A stretch of DNA of 64,000 bases, from positions 32,426-96,425 of the forward strand of contig CAXNGS010000006.1 in assembly GCA_964202055.1 (NCBI GenBank), written 5' to 3'. The notes below the pieces were generated by a model. The model was given only the letters and a program-made list of their open reading frames with translations, was not told the DNA's origin and did no database searches. The DNA comes from Bdellovibrionota bacterium (GTDB lineage Bacteria > Bdellovibrionota > UBA2428). The translations under genes and the position numbers were made by a program. Positions 55,161 to 64,000 of the stretch are shown here, one piece after another (within the stretch, counting starts at the first letter, position 1; the number at the start of each line of letters is the position of its first letter).

Positions 55161-57137
55161 TTACGATTCTTCTTTAGCTTCAACCAGGTAATCGAACTTG
55201 ATTTGAACTTTTCCGCCGACGCTGTCCTTGAGTGCAGTGCCGTGCAGTTTTAAGCTGTGTGTTGTTTCGTCATAGCTAAAACCATTGCCGGTGGCTTGGT
55301 CGCGAACTTCAGAAACTTCTTGGCCGTTGATGCGAACCACGATCGAATCTTTGATGGTCGAATCTTTAAGCGCAAAGCTGCGGCTAGCGATTGAGGAAAC
55401 TTCTTCGGCGATTTTCATCAAGTCGCCCGAGAAATCTTTGCTCAAGCTGAAATTGGCGCCCTTGAATTTTTCAGACGCCTTGGCAAAGCCTTTGCCTTTC
55501 TCGTCAGTTACCGAATACATTCGGTAACGACCTGATTCGCCGTTTTTCAAAGCCTTCAAGCGTTCTTCTACTTTAGCGATTCGTTGATCCAAAACCGAAG
55601 CGCTGCCGTCTTTAGACGGAGCATCGTTGATCACGTAACTGTCTTTGCCCATCATGAATCCGTAAGTGTTTCGGCTTTCGTCTTCGTCAGAAATGATGAT
55701 GATCGAGAGCAAAGCGTCTTTGCGTAGGAAACCGCTGTTGATCCCGGCTAAGTTTTCATCGCTCAAGGCTGCGGCCAAAGGAAGCAATGCAGTTTCTGAG
55801 CCGTCGCCACTTGTTCCAACCATTGCCATTGAGGTGAATTGAGCGCCGATCGAGGGAGAGTCCTTTTTCAAAAAGCGTTCGGAATAAACTTTGTCAGAAT
55901 CTTTTAAGCGCATTTTTGAACCAATGAAAGCGCCGTAGGGCAAGTCCTTGCGGCTCTTCTTGTCGAACTCAGGACCGTTGGTGGTCAAAACTGCGATGTT
56001 GACGTCGAGCTTTTTACTGGCGAATTTTGCCATGAAATTTTCAAACGAATCTAAAAGATTTCGTTGAATGGATTCCATCGATCCCGAGCTGTCGACGATG
56101 AACAATAAGTCGACTTGGCGTTCTTTGCTCAAATCAAGATCATTTACTTGCGAAATTCGTGAAGGAGCCGGTTTCGGCGGTTTAACGACGGAGACTTTGA
56201 CTTTGGCCATGTTGGATTCCGACGAAGAATCCATCGCGACGTAGCTAAAGGAAATTTCGCCAGTGTAACCCTTCGCGGCTTTCAAGCTGAAAAGTCCGGA
56301 ACGGTTATCAAAGCTAAAGCTCTCGGTGTTTTCCGGAGCGTTGACGACTTTGTAGTTCAGGTTACGAGGATCGGAATCCACGTCTAAATCAGTAGCCACG
56401 ACCCCGCTGCTAATTTCTTGATTGCGCATAATTTGCAACGTCATGTCTTGAGCCATCGGTGCAATGTTGAGGGCCTCTTGCTTGGTGTCAGTCACCGAGA
56501 AAGTTTCCAAAACGATGACTTCTTCTTCAGCTTTCTTTTCGCGAGCGGCTTTCTCAGCTAAGCGATCTTCTTCGGCGCTTTTTCTTTCGTCTTCTTCGTC
56601 ACGGTAAAATCGAGTTCGCACCGGAGCGACTTCTTCAATTTTTTTCTCTTCAACTTTGACTTCAGCAACCGGGGCGACTGCAGCGACGGTGGCCGCGGCC
56701 TTAGCTTCTTCGATTAGGCGGTCGATGTTTTGTACGATTTCTTCAACGGTGGATTTTCCAGCCAAGGTGATGCCTTTTTTAGATCGGCCAAAGGACCCCG
56801 AGGTGATGAAAACTTTTTTAAAGCTCGATTCGCGAAGCTGGGCATGGCGTTGGCGGATGGCTTGTGTGGCGTTTTGGATCTCTTCGCTGCTAACTCGCCC
56901 CGTAACGGACAAACTTCCGTCTTCGGCTTGGCTGATGGCGTTCAAGATTTCAATCTTCTTGCCTAGCATCGCCTCCGTACCGCTGATGGCTTGACGATCC
57001 CCGAGCATTGCAGTGCTGAGGGCCATGTTGCCTTGAGGTAAATTAAGCTGAGTTAAATTGTTCTGGGGTGGGCTCTGCGCGAATGCAGAGGCGCTAAATA
57101 ATAAGAACCCACTTTTAATCCATTTGCTGTAAGACAT
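55161..57137 (-). CDS. Secreted multidomain vWA protein (N-terminal domain, Glu/Lys-rich linker, Ig/cadherin-like domain, vWA, C-terminal beta-sandwich)
   Basis: GGAG, then 6 nt, then ATG 57137. Signal peptide FLLFSASAFA-Q. MIDAS DLLFIVDSSGSM. Linker AEEDRLAEKAAREKKAEEE. C-terminal IVVRINGQEV...GFSYDETTHSLKLHG...GKVQIKFDY. Confidence 0.65.
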   Translation of the reverse strand: MSYSKWIKSGFLLFSASAFAQSPPQNNLTQLNLPQGNMALSTAMLGDRQAISGTEAMLGKKIEILNAISQAEDGSLSVTGRVSSEEIQNATQAIRQRHAQLRESSFKKVFITSGSFGRSKKGITLAGKSTVEEIVQNIDRLIEEAKAAATVAAVAPVAEVKVEEKKIEEVAPVRTRFYRDEEDERKSAEEDRLAEKAAREKKAEEEVIVLETFSVTDTKQEALNIAPMAQDMTLQIMRNQEISSGVVATDLDVDSDPRNLNYKVVNAPENTESFSFDNRSGLFSLKAAKGYTGEISFSYVAMDSSSESNMAKVKVSVVKPPKPAPSRISQVNDLDLSKERQVDLLFIVDSSGSMESIQRNLLDSFENFMAKFASKKLDVNIAVLTTNGPEFDKKSRKDLPYGAFIGSKMRLKDSDKVYSERFLKKDSPSIGAQFTSMAMVGTSGDGSETALLPLAAALSDENLAGINSGFLRKDALLSIIIISDEDESRNTYGFMMGKDSYVINDAPSKDGSASVLDQRIAKVEERLKALKNGESGRYRMYSVTDEKGKGFAKASEKFKGANFSLSKDFSGDLMKIAEEVSSIASRSFALKDSTIKDSIVVRINGQEVSEVRDQATGNGFSYDETTHSLKLHGTALKDSVGGKVQIKFDYLVEAKEES

Positions 57138-57353
57138 CGAAAACTCCAATCCTTTAGGTTTTGATAGCGATTCATCTAAGCAATTTTTGGGCCAGCCTTA
57201 TGAATCTTGGACTTAGCTAGTTTTTTTAGGCGGAAGTCTGTAGAAGTTTTATGCAGACTGTGACGAAATTTGACAGTTATTATGGGGTTTCGAGATTTCT
57301 GGCGCTCGTAAGACCTGTCATTTGCGTTCAGAACGCTCTAAATTGGAGACTTC

Positions 57354-58445
57354 ATGAAACCTGAAAATCCTTGGACGACGGAACAGCTTTTTCCGGAAAC
57401 CTTGGCTTTTTTAGATGCCTTAATCCTTGAGATTAATCGAGCCGAAAAATCAATCGACATTGAAATGTACATTTTTCAGTACGATTACACCGGTAAAAAA
57501 ATCATTCAAAGTCTGCAAGCAGCGGCTGGCCGTGGCGTTCAAATTCGAGTGTTGGTAGATGCGGTTGGATCGGCATCTTTTAGCAACATTTTGGCCAAAG
57601 AATTACTTCGAAAAGGCATCGAGTTTAGGACCTACCATTCCTTCACAGGGGGAAAGATCTTGAGCTTTTTCAGGGTGGTGAACCGCCGAAATCATCGCAA
57701 ATCTTGGATCATCGATTCTAAAATGGCTTTTATTAGCAGTGCCAACGTAATGGATTCAAATTGGAAAGAAGTCGGGGTATCTGTTGCCGGAGGTGAGATC
57801 AGTCTGCTTATCGAGGCATTTCAGCAAGCTTGGGTGCAAAAAAAAGCATTTAAGCCAGGCATCAATATAAAGAAGCTTTTTTCTCGGATCAAAGAAAACC
57901 GCGTTAGACACACTTTGCGACTGAATAATTCTTTGGTTTTGCGCTTTGGAAATTATCGCGACTTTCTCCGTCGAACCAAGCGCGCCCAATCGCGAATTTG
58001 GTTTGGCAATGCATACTTCGTGCCTCGTTATGGATTGGTACGGGCCATGGTCAGCTCGGCGCGCCGGGGGGTGGACGTACGGCTGCTTTTGTCGCATCGG
58101 TCGGACGTTTTTTTTATGCCTTGGCTGGCCACCACTTATTATTACACGCTACTTAAAGCTGGAGTGAAGATTTATGAATACTTGCCTGCGTTTTATCATG
58201 CGAAAATTCGAGTGGTCGATGATTGGATGATTGTTGGATCCACCAATTTGAATCATCGTTCGCTACTTCATGATTTAGAAGTGGACGTTCAGCTGACCCA
58301 TCCCGAATCCTGTCGAGCCTTACTAATTGACATGAATGCTGATTTTTCTAAATCCAATTTGGTGAAGCTCGACGACCTTCGTAAAATTTCAATTTTTCAA
58401 AAGCTGGCGGCTCGCTTTGTTTTATTATTCAGGAACTGGCTATGA
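57354..58445 (+). CDS. clsB: Cardiolipin synthase B-type phospholipase D family protein
   Basis: Two canonical HKD motifs: NHRKSWIIDSKMAFISSANV and YHAKIRVVDDWMIVGSTNLNHRS. No N-terminal TM helices. Followed by an EEP gene, as in the E. coli ybhP-clsB locus. Confidence 0.7.
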   Translation: MKPENPWTTEQLFPETLAFLDALILEINRAEKSIDIEMYIFQYDYTGKKIIQSLQAAAGRGVQIRVLVDAVGSASFSNILAKELLRKGIEFRTYHSFTGGKILSFFRVVNRRNHRKSWIIDSKMAFISSANVMDSNWKEVGVSVAGGEISLLIEAFQQAWVQKKAFKPGINIKKLFSRIKENRVRHTLRLNNSLVLRFGNYRDFLRRTKRAQSRIWFGNAYFVPRYGLVRAMVSSARRGVDVRLLLSHRSDVFFMPWLATTYYYTLLKAGVKIYEYLPAFYHAKIRVVDDWMIVGSTNLNHRSLLHDLEVDVQLTHPESCRALLIDMNADFSKSNLVKLDDLRKISIFQKLAARFVLLFRNWL

Positions 58446-59197
58446 ATAATCCGAGTCAAAGCCTTCGGGTGCTTTCTTATAATATTCACAAGGGCTTTAA
58501 TTTCGGCAACCGAAAGTTTCTTTTGAATGAAATGCGCGCCAGCATTCGAGAATTACAACCCGACCTAGTTTGCCTCCAAGAAGTTAGCGGCGAAAATATA
58601 CGGCATAAAAAAAACTTGAAAGAATATCCATTGGAAAGTCAGTTTGAATATTTGGCCGATGAGGTCTGGCCCCACTTTGCTTATGGAAAAAACGCGGTTT
58701 ATCAGCATGGGCATCACGGCAACGCTATTTTAAGTCGCTTCCCCATTGCACGGTGGGAAAACATCGACATGAGCACCAATCGATTTGAAGCCCGCGGCTT
58801 GTTGCACGCTGAGATTTCTTTGCCAAACCAGTCCAAACTTCATGTTTTAACCACGCACTTGAATTTGTTAGAGGGAGGACGAACCCTGCAACTTGCTAAA
58901 ATGTGTGAGCACCTAAAGAAAAAATTAGACCCCAGTGATCAAGTTATTTTGGCCGGTGACTTTAATGACTGGCTAGAGACTGTAGGCTCGCGATTAAAAA
59001 GCGAGTTAAATTTCGAGGAAGCTTTTTTAAAACTCGAGGGAAAACATCCCAAAACTTTTCCAAGCTTTCTGCCAAAACTTAGTTTGGATCGTATTTATTT
59101 CAGACACTTGCAGCTCTCCGAAGTGAGCGTCTTGTCTGGTGGTCATTGGAAAAATTTATCAGATCACTTGCCGCTTACGGCACTCTTTAAAGTTTAA
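58442..59197 (+). CDS. Endonuclease/exonuclease/phosphatase (EEP) family protein, YbhP-like
   Basis: LRVLSYNIHKGF, DLVCLQEV, ILAGDFND, SDHLPL. ATGA overlap with clsB. Confidence 0.7.
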   Translation: MNNPSQSLRVLSYNIHKGFNFGNRKFLLNEMRASIRELQPDLVCLQEVSGENIRHKKNLKEYPLESQFEYLADEVWPHFAYGKNAVYQHGHHGNAILSRFPIARWENIDMSTNRFEARGLLHAEISLPNQSKLHVLTTHLNLLEGGRTLQLAKMCEHLKKKLDPSDQVILAGDFNDWLETVGSRLKSELNFEEAFLKLEGKHPKTFPSFLPKLSLDRIYFRHLQLSEVSVLSGGHWKNLSDHLPLTALFKV

Positions 59198-59259
59198 GGC
59201 CTCAAAATTAAAGCGCTGCGCCTATATAAAGTGATCAACTCGCACTATCATCGCCCCCA

Positions 59260-59826
59260 GTGGTGATTGGGAATAAACAACCCTTTGTCTTGTGGTTAAC
59301 GGGCCTGTCGGGCGCCGGAAAATCGACGCTTGCCCAGTCCATGTTAGAGTCCGGAATTTTTTCAAGTCAGCCAGTGGAGTATTTAGACGGCGATGAATTG
59401 CGAAGCTTATTGCAGTTTCAAAAATTCGATGCTGGTTCGCGAGATTTATACATTCGCTCGGTGGCATTAATGGCTTCGAAATTAGAAGCTAACGGAATTT
59501 CTTCGATCGTTACTTTAATTTCGCCTTTTGAATCGACTCGAAATTTTGCGCGCAGTCTTTGCAAAAATTTTAAGCTGGTGCATTTGTCGACCTCGCTTGA
59601 GGTTTGTGAATTTCGTGATCCCAAGGGCCTGTATAAAAAGGCACGACTCGGGCAAATTGCCGAATTCACCGGTTTGAGTTCGCCTTATGAAATTCCAAAA
59701 AATCCTGATCTTAGACTCGACACCGAAAAACTTTCTATTGAACAATGCGTTGGCCAAATTTGTGATTTGGTAATCCAGCAGAATGATTCAGAAGGAATTC
59801 AAGATGAAATCATCGCGACTCCTTGA
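59260..59826 (+). CDS. cysC: Adenylylsulfate (APS) kinase
   Basis: GTG start. FVLWLTGLSGAGKSTLA P-loop, LDGDELR, CEFRDPKGLYKKAR, FTGLSSPYEIP. Confidence 0.85.
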   Translation: MVIGNKQPFVLWLTGLSGAGKSTLAQSMLESGIFSSQPVEYLDGDELRSLLQFQKFDAGSRDLYIRSVALMASKLEANGISSIVTLISPFESTRNFARSLCKNFKLVHLSTSLEVCEFRDPKGLYKKARLGQIAEFTGLSSPYEIPKNPDLRLDTEKLSIEQCVGQICDLVIQQNDSEGIQDEIIATP

Positions 59827-60703
59827 GCTTGAAGCTGAATCGGTTTTCGTGTTTCGCGAAATTGCCGCGCTTTTTAAAAAACCAATGCTTTTGTTTTCCG
59901 GTGGCAAGGATTCGGCAGTGGCTCTCCATTTAGCCAAGAAGTCCATTTATCCCGGTAAAACGCCCTTTGGATTGCTGCACATTGATAGTGGCCGCGATTT
60001 TTTAGAAACGCGTGATTTTATTTTGCAGACTGCCCGCCAAAATGATCTAGCGCTGACAACGGTGTCGGTGCCTGATTATTTAGAGCGTCATCGAGATCAG
60101 CTGAGCGAAGATTTGAAAAGCAACATCAACCGCTTGCAAAGTTTTGCCCTAAAAGAAATCATCCACTCTCAGCAATATGATTTACTGGTGGGCGGAGCGC
60201 GACGCGATGAAGAAAAAGCTCGGGCCAAAGAGCGATTTTTTTCTCATCGAGGAGTCGACGGTGGGTGGGATCCTGAATCGCAGCGCAGTGAAATTTGGAA
60301 TCTTTTTAATTTTCACCTGCACCCCGGCGAGCATATGCGATCCTTTCCCTTGAACAATTGGACCGAAGAAGACATCTGGAATTACATTGCGGCTGAAAAA
60401 ATTGCTCTGCCGCCCATTTATTTTTCGCACGCGCGCAAATGCTGGATCAATACCGCGGGACAGTTGGTCGCTGATTCAATACAGCTCAACAAAGACGGTT
60501 GGGCTGATGCTGGAACTCGATTGGTGCGTTGTCGCACTGTCGGCGACATGACTTGCACGGGCTTGGTCGAATCGACTGCCAGCAATTTGTTCGAAGTCAT
60601 CGCGGAACTTAAAGAGTCGAAAGTTTCTGAGCGCAGTTCACGCATTGACGATGCTTTTTCTCGCGCAGCCATGGAAGAGCGAAAACTCGAGGGCTATTTC
60701 TGA
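59804..60703 (+). CDS. cysD: Sulfate adenylyltransferase subunit 2
   Basis: LEAESVFVFREI, PP-loop LFSGGKDSAV, C-terminal RIDDAFSRAAMEERKLEGYF. ATG 59804 overlaps the cysC end. The track ORF starts at 59783. Confidence 0.85.
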   Translation: MKSSRLLELEAESVFVFREIAALFKKPMLLFSGGKDSAVALHLAKKSIYPGKTPFGLLHIDSGRDFLETRDFILQTARQNDLALTTVSVPDYLERHRDQLSEDLKSNINRLQSFALKEIIHSQQYDLLVGGARRDEEKARAKERFFSHRGVDGGWDPESQRSEIWNLFNFHLHPGEHMRSFPLNNWTEEDIWNYIAAEKIALPPIYFSHARKCWINTAGQLVADSIQLNKDGWADAGTRLVRCRTVGDMTCTGLVESTASNLFEVIAELKESKVSERSSRIDDAFSRAAMEERKLEGYF

Positions 60704-62028
60704 TGTCCTTTATTCGTTTGGCGGTCGTGGGCAGTCCTGATGATGGCAAAAGCACTTTGCTGGGGCGACTCTTTGTCGATGGAAAAATGCTTAAGTCTGA
60801 TCAGCTTCGAGATTTGACGGATACTAAAACCCAAAAAATTAATTTAGCATTTGTGTCCGACGGTTTGCGAAGTGAGCGCGAAAAGTCGATCACCATAGAT
60901 GCCGCCTATAAGCACTTAAGACTCGCGGGCCAGGATTTTTTAATTGCTGATTGTCCGGGTCATTTCGAATTTATGAAGAACGCGGTTTCCGCGGTTTCTC
61001 AATCGCAAGCCCTGCTTTTGTTGATTGATGCCGAGCTCGGAATTCGAGATCAAACTTTAAGACACTTATCATTAGCCTCGTTTTTCGGGCTTTCGAAAAC
61101 CATTGTTTGCGTAAATAAAATGGACGCGGTGAATTTTGATGAAGTGGTTTTTAGTCGCATTCAAAAGCAATTATCAGAAAATGAGATTTTTGGAGTTAAA
61201 CCCGCTATTGAGGTGATCCCAATCTCGGCGCTTCAGGGTGAAAATCTTTTTCAAGCATCTGAAAAAATGAAGTGGTATCAGGGACCAACTTTACTGCAGT
61301 CCTTGATAAAAATTAAAAGTGAAGGGGTTAAGCGAAGCCCAAAGCTTCGAGTTTTTGTTCAAACTTCAGTCAGCGCGCCCGATGACACTCAACACTGTTT
61401 AGTTCAAAGCAACGGAGCAGAAATTTGCATGGGTGATTCTTTGGTGACCGAGAGTGGCCAGATTTTGCCACCCATCGATAAAATTTATTCGATCGACAAT
61501 GAAAATCTAGCCAGTGGAAAGGGTCGATCGGCGCTTCGCTTGAGCTTCAAAGAACCAATAACTCTCAAACGCTCAACCATTCTCTGTGCTTCGGATTCTC
61601 AACCCCGATTGAGCCGCGATTTTAGCGCTAAAATTTTGTGGATTTCAGACAAGAATCCATCTTCATTGAGCGAGAAAGATTTCATCCGCGTTCCTGGGCG
61701 AGAAGTTTTTTTAAAGAGTTTCCATTGGAAAAACTCTTCACCGATCGGATTGTCGTTAGATTTGAGTGGTCGGCATCAAAATTCGCTTTTTGATGCGGCG
61801 ATTTCATTGGCTGAAGAAGTGGCTGTTGATGCTTTGGATCCTGAGTATTTTTCTAATGAAGTGACTTTGAATTCTTTTTTAATTTTTAGCCATCAAGATT
61901 TTGAATGTTTGGCAGTTGGCCGAATTCTTGAGAACTCGAATGACGCCAAAATTTGCCCTGACTTTGCCAAAGTTGAAAAAACGGGCCTCGCTGCCGAATT
62001 AAGTCCGCAGGCTTGCCCTGTTCAATGA
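60703..62028 (+). CDS. cysN: Sulfate adenylyltransferase subunit 1 (GTPase), no fused APS-kinase domain
   Basis: G1 GSPDDGKSTLLGRL, DGLRSEREKSITID, G3 DCPGH, G4 NKMD. TGATG junction with cysD. The last roughly 35 codons extend past the conserved core and overlap the convergent ABC gene. Confidence 0.8.
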   Translation: MSFIRLAVVGSPDDGKSTLLGRLFVDGKMLKSDQLRDLTDTKTQKINLAFVSDGLRSEREKSITIDAAYKHLRLAGQDFLIADCPGHFEFMKNAVSAVSQSQALLLLIDAELGIRDQTLRHLSLASFFGLSKTIVCVNKMDAVNFDEVVFSRIQKQLSENEIFGVKPAIEVIPISALQGENLFQASEKMKWYQGPTLLQSLIKIKSEGVKRSPKLRVFVQTSVSAPDDTQHCLVQSNGAEICMGDSLVTESGQILPPIDKIYSIDNENLASGKGRSALRLSFKEPITLKRSTILCASDSQPRLSRDFSAKILWISDKNPSSLSEKDFIRVPGREVFLKSFHWKNSSPIGLSLDLSGRHQNSLFDAAISLAEEVAVDALDPEYFSNEVTLNSFLIFSHQDFECLAVGRILENSNDAKICPDFAKVEKTGLAAELSPQACPVQ

Positions 62029-63835
62029 TTCGACCTTCATCAAGAACTAAAATTTGATGGGCCCCTAAAATGGTAGAAAGTCGATGGGCAACCACGATGA
62101 CGGTTTTGTCTTTTTTTAACTTTTCTAAATGACCTAAGACTCTAGCTTCGCTGAGGGCGTCTAAACCACTGGTGGGCTCGTCTAAGATCATGATCGGAGA
62201 GTCTTTTAAAAGGGCACGCGCAATCGCCAGGCATTGCTGCTGGCCCTGCGAAAAGGGTGATCCGTCTTGATTCATTTGAGTGTTGAATTGTTCGGGAAGC
62301 GATTCAATCTTTTCAAGGATCCCTAATTCGGCGCAGACCCGACGAAGTTCTTCGTCGGAAATTTCACGTCGGCTGCCGTAACGTAAATTTTCTTGCAAGG
62401 GTCGTTCCATCCAGACAGGTACTTGGGGAACGATTGAAAAAAGATCACGAAGAGTGTCGGTTTGTAAATCACAAGCATCGATCCCATCAACCAGATAGGT
62501 CCCTCGCGGCACATTGTAGAGGCGTAGTAAAACTTTGGAGATTGTGCTTTTACCTGAGCCGGTGGCCCCGACAATGGCGGTGACGCTGCCCGGAGTGATT
62601 TTCAAGTTCAAATCATTGAGTGCGGGTTTCCCGGAGCCATAGCAAAAATCTAAATTCTTGATTTCAATTTGCTCGCGAAAACTGGCAAGGTTGCTGCCTT
62701 CTATTATGTAATGATTTAAAATCTCTGGACCTAGAAACGTTTTCAACATGACTTCTAAATTTTTAAAACCAGTCAACATCAAGGCCCCAAGGTCAACGCG
62801 ATCGAATTGAGTTTCAATTTGGCGGAGCAACATGATTCCAATAAAAGTCGAGGGCAATTGATCGATGGAATTCAAATAAGGGATCAGTGGGGCCAGGCAT
62901 AAAACAATGGCAGTGCTCAATAATTTTCGAGTTTCCCCCAGGGGTTTTTGCATCACTTCTAGTCGTGAAATTTCATTTTTACTTTCGATGTTCTTGGCTA
63001 AAACTTGTTCGTGGCGAATAAATTCATAAGACTCTTGGTTGAATGCCTTAATCAACGGAAAAGCCCGCACTAAAGATTCGTAGCGTTCTTCGGTGTTGAG
63101 TTTTTCTTGGCGCTTGAAATGGCGCAATCGGCGGCCAATCGAGGTGGTGTGATTGGAAATCCACCGAGTGAGGGGGCTGATCAGGGCAAGGACCAGCACT
63201 AATACCGGGCTGATAAATCCGCAGACCGTTATAAACAAAACTAGATTAATCATTCCCAAGATCACATGATAAGTTCCATCGAGTAGCAGGGAATAGCGCT
63301 CGCAACGATCCCCAACCACTGCGGGTAGGTCGTCAAGCGTCATTCGATCGTTCCGGGTCTTCTGGTGGAAAAAGGAATGGCCAACCTCTAATGATCGCTT
63401 AAGCACGGTCGAGCAAAGTTTGGCAGTCAATTCAGTTTTACTTTTAAGTAGAAATTGATTGGCGCGGTAATTGGAAAATATTTCCAAGCCTTTGGCCAGG
63501 GCGGCTAAAGCCAAAAGATAGGCCCAAACCCAATCGCTGCCTTGCATGCTTTGGGGCATTAATGCTTTCATCCAATAGCCGGCGGGACCATTGAGCAAAA
63601 TTCCTGGGCGGTGTTGTACGATTGCATCGATTAACCGGAAGACGATTCCAAGTTGCAGAATTTCCAGCAGGCAAGCAAATGTTCCAAAGACCAGGGCTAC
63701 TTTAAAGCCCCGTCTACTAAGTCCAAACTTTGAAAATTCATCGAGGGTCTTAAATGCAGTTTTTAATCCCGATCGATACTCACGATAGGTCTCAGCCAAG
63801 GCCCCCGTAGAGTTTTTTTTCGGAATGGCAGGCAT
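61886..63835 (-). CDS. ABC exporter, fused permease + ATPase (MsbA/type I exporter-like)
   Basis: Six-TM N-terminal half. Walker A GATGSGKST, signature FSQGQQQCLAIARAL, Walker B IMILDEPTSGLD, H-loop VVAHRLST. Confidence 0.8.
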   Translation of the reverse strand: MPAIPKKNSTGALAETYREYRSGLKTAFKTLDEFSKFGLSRRGFKVALVFGTFACLLEILQLGIVFRLIDAIVQHRPGILLNGPAGYWMKALMPQSMQGSDWVWAYLLALAALAKGLEIFSNYRANQFLLKSKTELTAKLCSTVLKRSLEVGHSFFHQKTRNDRMTLDDLPAVVGDRCERYSLLLDGTYHVILGMINLVLFITVCGFISPVLVLVLALISPLTRWISNHTTSIGRRLRHFKRQEKLNTEERYESLVRAFPLIKAFNQESYEFIRHEQVLAKNIESKNEISRLEVMQKPLGETRKLLSTAIVLCLAPLIPYLNSIDQLPSTFIGIMLLRQIETQFDRVDLGALMLTGFKNLEVMLKTFLGPEILNHYIIEGSNLASFREQIEIKNLDFCYGSGKPALNDLNLKITPGSVTAIVGATGSGKSTISKVLLRLYNVPRGTYLVDGIDACDLQTDTLRDLFSIVPQVPVWMERPLQENLRYGSRREISDEELRRVCAELGILEKIESLPEQFNTQMNQDGSPFSQGQQQCLAIARALLKDSPIMILDEPTSGLDALSEARVLGHLEKLKKDKTVIVVAHRLSTILGAHQILVLDEGRIIEQGKPADLIRQRGPFFQLWQSQGKFWRHSSSQEFGQLPNIQNLDG

Positions 63836-64000
63836 GGGTGTCGATTATAGCCGTAAATTTGGATTTTGAATCTGGCTTTAAGCTCGGTTACGTCCGTCGC
63901 ATGGCGTAATAGGGCGGGCAAACTTAGGCCCATTCTTTCTGGCTCTGAGGTCCCGTGGTAAAACCGCGTTTGGCATGATTTTTCTCTATGAAATTGAAGA

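Noticed and set aside
63836-64000. 165-nt spacer upstream of the ABC exporter, with an ATG at 63988 that could begin a plus-strand gene running off the window. It was also checked for small RNAs such as SRP or 6S RNA.
   Set aside because: Only 13 nt of the putative gene are visible, and I could not recognise any conserved RNA motif. The data are insufficient.
1-64000. Window-wide search for CRISPR arrays, tRNA/rRNA genes, integrases or transposases, long inverted repeats, restriction-modification or known defence-system genes.
   Set aside because: I recognised none by eye. All intergenic gaps are 204 nt or shorter, apart from the 416-nt region holding the micro-ORF. The PLD-like and methyltransferase genes at 48.6-52.6 kb were considered as a defence pair. 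The PLD-like protein has a signal peptide, however, and there is no specificity or helicase component.

Overview
Densely coded bacterial chromosomal window (about 60 supportable CDS, short intergenic gaps, frequent ATGA/TAATG/GTGA start-stop overlaps). I recognised no rRNA, tRNA, CRISPR array, integrase, transposase or prophage genes. Housekeeping anchors are htpX, a late-flagellar block (fliD, fliS, then csrA-fliW), miaE, phnDCE, divergent aspS/hisS, rlmH, ribF, clsB plus an EEP-family gene, and cysC-cysD-cysN. Between these anchors lie many signal-peptide or lipobox proteins with no recognisable family. That content, the flagellar/CsrA-FliW set and the intermediate GC suggest a Bdellovibrio-like (Bdellovibrionota/Oligoflexia) lineage, but this is inference only. 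Best candidates for undescribed biology: (1) a translationally coupled PurL-like/PurQ-like pair in which the catalytic residues I can align are replaced, followed by a membrane protein fusing a sigma-70 region-4-like HTH to a zf-HC2 anti-sigma motif (20.2-24.9 kb); (2) an operon with two TolC-family paralogs bracketing a small barrel-like protein and a lipoprotein, plus a TPR protein, with no pump or adaptor gene nearby (42.5-48.5 kb); (3) a secreted tandem PLD-like/HAD phosphatase fusion with a tandem-domain methyltransferase (48.6-52.6 kb); (4) an unannotated 30-codon poly-Lys/Ala micro-ORF with its own SD and terminator (30.43 kb); (5) an ArsA-like ATPase pair coupled to a GshA-like ligase and a HAMP-only membrane protein (0.36-4.26 kb). 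All functional calls rest on motifs read by eye. No database search was run.
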